This document shows positions 33,570 through 42,192 of a stretch of DNA of 42,192 bases, one piece after another. The position numbers and the translations under genes are program-made. The DNA lies in NCBI GenBank assembly GCA_964196535.1, contig CAXMUG010000054.1:1-42192 (forward strand). The letters are read 5' to 3'. Under the pieces are notes generated by a model that was not told the origin of the DNA, searched no databases, and worked only from the letters and a program-made list of their open reading frames with translations. This DNA comes from an uncultured Mycobacterium sp. Its GTDB lineage: Bacteria; Pseudomonadota; Gammaproteobacteria; UBA4575. Position 1 is the stretch's first letter. Each line of letters starts with the position of its first letter.

Positions 33570-34373
33570 ATGACAAAAACCATTTCAGTTACCAATCAAA
33601 AGGGCGGTGTAGGCAAAACCACTACCTCTGTTAATTTAGCGGCCTCCATGGCTGCAACTAATCGCCGTGTTTTATTGATTGATCTGGATCCACAAGGCAA
33701 CGCTACCATGGGTTCTGGCGTGGATAAGCGCACTATCGAAAGGACCGCTGCAGATGTCATGTTAGATGAGGCTGTAGTTAGCGAATGTATTGTGCGCGAC
33801 AGCAAAGGAGGTTATGACCTGCTTCCTGGTAACGAGCAACTAACCGTTGCTGAGGTTAAGTTACTGGACGTAAAAGGCCGAGAATTTAAATTACGTAAAG
33901 CCTTGCAAGAAGTAGTTGATGATTACGATTATATATTTATCGATTGCCCGCCATCGTTGAACATGCTTACTGTGAATGGCCTGGTGGCAGCAAATAGCGT
34001 AATTATTCCTACGCAGTGTGAATACTATGCATTAGAGGGTCTTTCTGCTCTCACACAGACGATCGAACGCATACGCATGTCAGCCAATCCTGAATTAAAA
34101 ATCGAGGGCCTGCTGCGTACGATGTATGACCCTCGCAACAATTTAGCCAACGATGTATCGGCACAATTAACCTCGCATTTTGGCGAGAGTGTATATCGCA
34201 CCATTATCCCTCGTAATGTCACATTGGCTGAAGCACCAAGTCATGGCTTACCGGTATTACTCTATGACAAGCGTTCACGTGGCGCATTGGCCTATTTAGC
34301 GTTAGCGGGTGAAATGCTGCGTCGTGATGAAAGTCGTACTGCAGGCAATATACCCTCGGCATTAACGAGTTAA
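33570..34373 (+). CDS. parA: Chromosome partitioning ATPase ParA (Soj)
   Basis: NQKGGVGKTT, DLDPQGN, IDCPPSL, QCEYYALEG, IPRNVTLAEAPSHG. Confidence 0.96.
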   Translation: MTKTISVTNQKGGVGKTTTSVNLAASMAATNRRVLLIDLDPQGNATMGSGVDKRTIERTAADVMLDEAVVSECIVRDSKGGYDLLPGNEQLTVAEVKLLDVKGREFKLRKALQEVVDDYDYIFIDCPPSLNMLTVNGLVAANSVIIPTQCEYYALEGLSALTQTIERIRMSANPELKIEGLLRTMYDPRNNLANDVSAQLTSHFGESVYRTIIPRNVTLAEAPSHGLPVLLYDKRSRGALAYLALAGEMLRRDESRTAGNIPSALTS

Positions 34374-34404
34374 ACCTCATCCATAAAGCTACTAAGTTAT
34401 CACT

Positions 34405-35307
34405 ATGTTAAAGAAAAAACGCGGTTTGGGGTCCTTAGGAGTCGATGTATTACTAAGTGCGGCGAAAACTGAAAATGCAATTAGCAACAGTGATGCCAAC
34501 AGTCATTCTGGTGCGGATAAATCATTGCAGAGTTTGCCTATCGACATGATTCATCAAAGCCCTTATCAGCCACGGCAAATCATGGAGCCAGTTGCGTTAG
34601 AAGCATTAGCTAGCTCAATTCGTCAACAAGGCGTAGTGCAACCCATAGTTGTACGCAAGTCTGGTGAAGGTTACGAGCTTATTGCAGGTGAACGTCGTTG
34701 GAGGGCTTCCCAGCAAGCCGGGCTACAAAATATTCCTGCGGTTATTAAAAACGTCAATGACCAAGAAGCTGCAGCTATCGCGATTATTGAAAATCTTCAA
34801 CGCGAAGATTTAAATCCCCTAGAAGAAGCTCAGGCGTTTGCGAATTTAATCGAGAAATTTGGCCTTACTCACCAAGAGGTAGGAGAAGTGGTGAGTCGTT
34901 CGCGTGCTGCGGTGAGCAACAGCCTACGCCTATTGGCGTTAACACAGCCGGTCAAAGATATGCTCAATCAAGGCGAATTGGAGATGGGACATGCACGTGC
35001 TTTATTAGCCCTTGCTGAACAGCAACAAAGTAAATGTGCACAAACTATTATTCAGCGTCAGCTCTCAGTGCGTGGTGCTGAGGCTCTTGTTAAGCAATTA
35101 CTGGATGGCAATGGCAAAAAGAAAACCTCTGTAGCTAACCATCAAGATCCGGATGTTTCGCGCATGGAACACAAAATAGCAGATCGCTTAGGAGCTCGTG
35201 TATCCATTCAGCATAGTCAAAATGGAAGCGGACGCTTGCAAATTAGATATACAAACCTTGATGAATTTGAGGGAATCGTTGAGAAGTTACTAGGTAAATC
35301 AAAATAG
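34405..35307 (+). CDS. parB: Chromosome partitioning protein ParB (Spo0J)
   Basis: YQPR, GVVQPIVVR, IAGERRWRA (CTPase motif), ENLQREDLNP, SRAAVSNSLRLL (HTH), MGHARALL. Confidence 0.96.
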   Translation: MLKKKRGLGSLGVDVLLSAAKTENAISNSDANSHSGADKSLQSLPIDMIHQSPYQPRQIMEPVALEALASSIRQQGVVQPIVVRKSGEGYELIAGERRWRASQQAGLQNIPAVIKNVNDQEAAAIAIIENLQREDLNPLEEAQAFANLIEKFGLTHQEVGEVVSRSRAAVSNSLRLLALTQPVKDMLNQGELEMGHARALLALAEQQQSKCAQTIIQRQLSVRGAEALVKQLLDGNGKKKTSVANHQDPDVSRMEHKIADRLGARVSIQHSQNGSGRLQIRYTNLDEFEGIVEKLLGKSK

Positions 35308-35351
35308 CTTAAATTTGTTCAACATCGGAGGGTTATACACCCTCGTACCTA

Positions 35352-35386
35352 TTGAGATTTCGTGGGCTAAAATTTATACTCGCGCC
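35352..35386 (+). promoter_or_regulatory. Candidate sigma70 promoter of the atp operon
   Basis: TTGAGA (35352-57), 17 nt spacer, TATACT (35375-80), followed by GC-rich CGCGCC. Confidence 0.6.
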
Positions 35387-35476
35387 TCTGTTAAAGCTGA
35401 TATCAGACTTGGCCCGTTGAATGATTGATGGGCCGGGGTAAAGTATAAGAACCGTTATATAAAAAAGTTAACAAAC

Positions 35477-35875
35477 TTGGTTCATAAATTAACAATATCA
35501 TCGCAAATACACCGCATACTTGTATGGCAATGGTTGATTACTTTTTGCATCACCGCTGTTTTATTTGTTGTTAAGCGTGATCTTGCTTCATCAGCATTTT
35601 TAGGTGGATTAGTTTGTGCATTGCCAAATGTGTATTTTGCACTGCAGTTATATAAGCGCAGAATTGCAGTAGCACCTGCTTTGTTGCGATCAGCGTTTGT
35701 AGCAGAATTTATAAAAATGGGCTTAGCGATCGCTTTGTTAGCGATAGTGTTAATAAAATATAAGGAAGTTTATCCGATAGCATTATTTGCAAGCTATTTC
35801 ATCGTGCATTCGTGCATGTGGGCCGTGCCTTTAATTACCCAACAAAGCAACGATAAAAATCTTGATATAAGTTAA
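35477..35875 (+). CDS. atpI: ATP synthase protein I
   Basis: Four hydrophobic segments, SAFLGGLVCALPNVYFA, AEFIK. First gene of the atp operon. The TTG start is uncertain. Confidence 0.85.
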   Translation: MVHKLTISSQIHRILVWQWLITFCITAVLFVVKRDLASSAFLGGLVCALPNVYFALQLYKRRIAVAPALLRSAFVAEFIKMGLAIALLAIVLIKYKEVYPIALFASYFIVHSCMWAVPLITQQSNDKNLDIS

Positions 35876-35890
35876 GAATCAAACTAGTAA

Positions 35891-36787
<897 letters not shown>

Positions 36788-36813
36788 TCATTAAATTAAG
36801 CAATTCTTAATAG

Positions 36814-37071
<258 letters not shown>

Positions 37072-37107
37072 AAATACTTCATACAACAGTATAATTAAGG
37101 TTTACGC

Positions 37108-37578
37108 ATGAACATTAATCTCACTTTATTTGCACAATCGATCGCATTTATCGTGTTTGTTTTCTTTTGCATGAAGTTTGTCTGGCCTCCAATCATGGCA
37201 GCGTTAGATGAGCGCAAAAAGAAAATAGCCGATGGTTTAGCTGAAGCAGAACGTGGCATGAAGCAACAAGAGCTTGCGGAGCAAGGCGCTGAAAAGAAAT
37301 TAGCAGAAGCCAAACAACAAGCATCTGAAATTCTTGGACAAGCACAAAAGCGCGCTAATGAAATGGTTGATGATGCTAAATCAGTAGCCGTTGAGGAAGG
37401 TGCTCGCATTAAAGAAGCTGCTCATGCTGAAGTTGAAAAAGAAGTTAATCGTGCTAAAGAAACACTGCGCACTCAGGTATCAACCATTGCAGTGGCTGGT
37501 GCTGAGCGAATTTTGAAAAAAGAGATCAATGCTAGCTCACACCAAGATATCTTGGATGATCTTGCATCTCAGATTTAA
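37108..37578 (+). CDS. atpF: ATP synthase F0 subunit b
   Basis: MNINLTL...FCMKFVWPP...[10 protein letters not shown]. Confidence 0.97.
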   Translation: MNINLTLFAQSIAFIVFVFFCMKFVWPPIMAALDERKKKIADGLAEAERGMKQQELAEQGAEKKLAEAKQQASEILGQAQKRANEMVDDAKSVAVEEGARIKEAAHAEVEKEVNRAKETLRTQVSTIAVAGAERILKKEINASSHQDILDDLASQI

Positions 37579-37603
37579 TAACTAACGGCAAAACTAATAC
37601 TTA

Positions 37604-38140
37604 ATGTCTGAACTCACAACAGCGGCAAGGCCTTATGCTAGAGCCGCATTTGATATTGCTAATAAACATAGCGAACAACAACAGTGGACAGATATGTTGG
37701 CATTCATAGCTGCAGTAGCATATGACCCAACAATGACGGCATTATTAGATAGCCCAGGTTTATCGCAAACACAGTCGGCAGAAATGTTCATAACCGTTTG
37801 TGAAGATAAGGTTGATAAGCGAGGCAAAAATTTCATCAAGCTTTTAGCTGAAAATGACCGTATTAAACTATTGCCGGAAATTGCAGCATTGTATGAGCAC
37901 TATCGTGCTGAAGCGGAAGGAAGTATTGATGCAGAAGTAATTTCTGCTAGTGAAACAAGTGATGCACAGCTAGCAAAGATTGCTGCAGCGCTTAAGACGC
38001 GACTAGGTAAAGAAGTGCGTATTACTTCTAAGGTAGATCCAACATTAATTGGTGGCGCAATTATTCGTGCTGGCGATATGGTGATTGACGGCTCGGTTAG
38101 CGGGCGTTTGACAAAACTTACTACAACTTTAACTAATTAA
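37604..38140 (+). CDS. atpH: ATP synthase F1 subunit delta
   Basis: ARPYARA, LAENDR, LIGGAIIRAGDMVIDGS. Confidence 0.97.
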   Translation: MSELTTAARPYARAAFDIANKHSEQQQWTDMLAFIAAVAYDPTMTALLDSPGLSQTQSAEMFITVCEDKVDKRGKNFIKLLAENDRIKLLPEIAALYEHYRAEAEGSIDAEVISASETSDAQLAKIAAALKTRLGKEVRITSKVDPTLIGGAIIRAGDMVIDGSVSGRLTKLTTTLTN

Positions 38141-38198
38141 ATTAAGCACTGGCTACACAAAAGTGTACGCCGGAAGGGTAAATAAGAGGATTTGAAAC

Positions 38199-39740
38199 AT
38201 GCAACTTAATCCAACAGAAATTAGCGATCTCATTAAAAAACGCATCGAGAATTTTGATGCCGTTGCTGAGGCGCGTACAGAGGGCACTGTAGTAGGTGTA
38301 ACCGACGGCATTGTGCGTGTACATGGTCTGGCCGATGTAATGGCTGGTGAAATGTTGGAGTTTCCAAATAATACTTTTGGAATGGCGCTTAACTTAGAGC
38401 GTGATTCAGTAGGTGCGGTAGTACTAGGCGATTACAAACATATCACTGAAGGCGATAAGGTATCTTGCACAGGGCGAATACTTGAAGTTCCAATTGGTCC
38501 AGAACTATTAGGGCGCGTTGTAAATTCTCTTGGTGAGCCTATTGACGGCAAAGGTCCAATTAAGACCACACTAACTGCTCCAGTAGAAAAAATTGCGCCA
38601 GGTGTAATTGAGCGTAAGTCAGTTGACCAACCCGTTCAAACAGGATTGAAATCAATTGATGCCATGGTGCCAATTGGTCGTGGTCAGCGTGAATTAATTA
38701 TTGGTGATCGGCAAACCGGTAAAACGGCAGTAGCGATTGATGCCATTATTAACCAAAAAGGTACTGGTGTTAAATGTATCTATGTTGCCATCGGCCAAAA
38801 GAACTCTTCTGTTGCAAACGTAGTTCGTAAATTAGAAGAGCACGATGCAATGGGTCACACCATTATCGTTAATGCAGCGGCAGCTGAATCAGCCGCGATG
38901 CAATACATTGCACCATACTCCGGTTGTTCAATGGGTGAATATTTCCGTGACCGTGGTGAAGATGCATTAATTATTTATGATGATTTAACCAAACAGGCTT
39001 GGGCATATAGACAAGTTTCATTGTTGCTACGTCGTCCACCAGGTCGTGAAGCGTATCCTGGTGATGTGTTCTATTTGCACTCGCGTTTGTTAGAGCGCGC
39101 ATCACGCGTAAACGCTGAATACGTGGAAGAATTTACAAAAGGCGAAGTCAAAGGCAAGACCGGTTCACTTACTGCGTTACCAATTATTGAAACCCAAGCA
39201 GGTGACGTATCCGCATTCGTACCTACCAACGTAATTTCTATTACTGATGGACAGATTTTCTTAGAAAGTGATTTGTTTAACTCCGGATTCCGTCCTGCTA
39301 TTAATGCGGGTCTTTCGGTATCTCGTGTAGGCGGTGCAGCACAAACCAAGATTATTAAAAAGCTTGGTGGTGGTGTGCGATTAGCACTTGCTCAATATCG
39401 TGAGCTTGCAGCATTCTCACAGTTTGCATCCGACCTTGACGAGCAAACTAGAAAGCAATTAGAACGTGGTGAGCGGGTAATGGAATTGATGAAGCAAAAT
39501 CAATATGCACCATTAAACGTTGCTGAACTGTCTTTGTCATTGTTTGCAGTCGACAAAGGTTATATTGATGATGTTGATGTAAATAAAGTGGTTGATTTTG
39601 AAAAAGCGATGCATGACTTTATGCATTCTCAATATAAGGATTTACTCGATAGCATTAATGACACAGGTGATTACAACGATGAAATCGAAGCTTCTCTAGC
39701 GAAAGCCATCGAAGACTTTAAAGCAAAAGGCACTTGGTAG
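38199..39740 (+). CDS. atpA: ATP synthase F1 subunit alpha
   Basis: [40 protein letters not shown]. Confidence 0.98.
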   Translation: MQLNPTEISDLIKKRIENFDAVAEARTEGTVVGVTDGIVRVHGLADVMAGEMLEFPNNTFGMALNLERDSVGAVVLGDYKHITEGDKVSCTGRILEVPIGPELLGRVVNSLGEPIDGKGPIKTTLTAPVEKIAPGVIERKSVDQPVQTGLKSIDAMVPIGRGQRELIIGDRQTGKTAVAIDAIINQKGTGVKCIYVAIGQKNSSVANVVRKLEEHDAMGHTIIVNAAAAESAAMQYIAPYSGCSMGEYFRDRGEDALIIYDDLTKQAWAYRQVSLLLRRPPGREAYPGDVFYLHSRLLERASRVNAEYVEEFTKGEVKGKTGSLTALPIIETQAGDVSAFVPTNVISITDGQIFLESDLFNSGFRPAINAGLSVSRVGGAAQTKIIKKLGGGVRLALAQYRELAAFSQFASDLDEQTRKQLERGERVMELMKQNQYAPLNVAELSLSLFAVDKGYIDDVDVNKVVDFEKAMHDFMHSQYKDLLDSINDTGDYNDEIEASLAKAIEDFKAKGTW

Positions 39741-39781
39741 ATTTCTGGGTAAGAATAGATAAACCTTTAAGTTAATTAATA

Positions 39782-40645
39782 ATGGCAAACGAAAAAGAAA
39801 TACGCACGCAGATCGCGAGTATTAAAAATACTCAAAAGATCACAAAAGCTATGGAAATGGTTGCAGCGAGTAAAATGCGTAAAGCAAAAGAGCGCATGAA
39901 TGCTACGCGACCTTATGCTTCAAAAATGCGTAATGTAATTGGTCACCTTGCGAATGCAAACACTGAATACAACCATCCTTTCTTGCTTGATCGAGAAGAA
40001 GTTAAACGCGTTGGCTATATCATTATTTCCAGTGATCGTGGTTTATGTGGCGGCTTAAATGTAAATCTATTTAAAGCTGCACTAAAAGATATGCAGCAGT
40101 GGCAAGAGAAGAGTGTTGAAATTGATTTTTGCTTAATTGGCGCAAAAGCCACGCAATTCTTCAAAAAGTTTTCTGCAAATATAGTCTCGCAAGTATCACA
40201 ATTGGGTGATGAAGTTCATTTAGAGGAGCTAATCGGTACAGTCAAAGCAATGCTAGATGCTTACACCGATAGCAAGATTGACCGTTTGTACTTGGTTGAA
40301 AATGAATTTGTTAACTCCATGACACAACAACCAAAAGTGTCTCCCTTGCTGCCACTTGCCGCAGAAGATAATGATGAAATGAAACATCATTGGGACTACA
40401 TTTATGAGCCAGATGCCAAGACAGTATTAGATGGCCTGCTTACGCGTTATGCAGAATCCATTGTTTATCAAGGCGTTGTTGAAAACGTAGCTTGCGAAAT
40501 GTCTGCAAGAATGGTGGCGATGAAAAGCGCATCGGATAATGCCGGCGACCTTATCTCTGATTTGGAGTTGGCTTACAACAAAGCGCGACAAGCAGCGATT
40601 ACACAAGAAATATCAGAAATTTGTGGTGGCGCAGCAGCGGTGTAA
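39782..40645 (+). CDS. atpG: ATP synthase F1 subunit gamma
   Basis: [40 protein letters not shown]. Confidence 0.98.
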   Translation: MANEKEIRTQIASIKNTQKITKAMEMVAASKMRKAKERMNATRPYASKMRNVIGHLANANTEYNHPFLLDREEVKRVGYIIISSDRGLCGGLNVNLFKAALKDMQQWQEKSVEIDFCLIGAKATQFFKKFSANIVSQVSQLGDEVHLEELIGTVKAMLDAYTDSKIDRLYLVENEFVNSMTQQPKVSPLLPLAAEDNDEMKHHWDYIYEPDAKTVLDGLLTRYAESIVYQGVVENVACEMSARMVAMKSASDNAGDLISDLELAYNKARQAAITQEISEICGGAAAV

Positions 40646-40705
40646 GCACTCTGTTATCGCAACTGAATACAAAAATTGAAATAGTTTAAATAAATTAAGA
40701 GCTAA

Positions 40706-42097
<1,392 letters not shown>

Positions 42098-42098
42098 A

Positions 42099-42192
42099 GT
42101 GGCAATGTCCATGCACCTAGACATAGTAAGTGCTGAGAAAGAGCTTTTCTCTGGCGTGGTCTCTGCTGTGTTTGCACCTGCAATCATGGGTG
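42099..42192 (+). CDS. atpC: ATP synthase F1 subunit epsilon, truncated by the window edge
   Basis: Translation from GTG 42099 gives MAMSMHLDIVSAEKELFSGVVSAVFAPAIMG, matching the epsilon N-terminus. It follows atpD directly. Confidence 0.92.
   Translation, partial: MAMSMHLDIVSAEKELFSGVVSAVFAPAIMG

Noticed and set aside
34271-34286. CACGTG-centred sequences in parA (34271-86) and hemB (about 43-58) as extra parS sites
   Set aside because: They have five or more mismatches to the 16-bp consensus; only the core matches.

Overview
This window is the origin-proximal core chromosome of an AT-rich gammaproteobacterium, with a Pseudomonas/Chromatiales-like ancestral gene order. The right half holds gyrB-recF-dnaN-dnaA on the minus strand, divergent from rpmH-rnpA-yidD-yidC-mnmE-mnmG-rsmG-parA-parB and the atpIBEFHAGD(C) operon. 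Two parS sites lie inside recF. The best oriC candidate is the dnaA-dnaN spacer, which has DnaA boxes and an AT-rich TAG-repeat tract. The left half holds hemB (5' truncated), aroE, ubiA, a frameshifted comF, bioB-bioF, mscL, radC, coaBC-dut-pmm/pgm-argB, a DUF4124 gene, pyrE, and a crc-syntenic exonuclease III followed by ampG and a DUF4197 gene. A less well characterised minus-strand block sits downstream of gyrB: lemA, a GIDE/BAM-like membrane protein with an EF-hand, an SH3 membrane protein, a second xth, an orphan ParA and an L,D-transpeptidase. I saw no tRNA, rRNA, CRISPR array, IS element, integrase or phage gene. Most of the window is ordinary housekeeping. The leads most worth following are the lemA + GIDE/EF-hand module with a possible sigma32 promoter, a predicted three-way-junction RNA at 17186-17240, and apparent decay of the competence-linked genes comF and radC. 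All calls come from reading motifs by eye; no searches were run.
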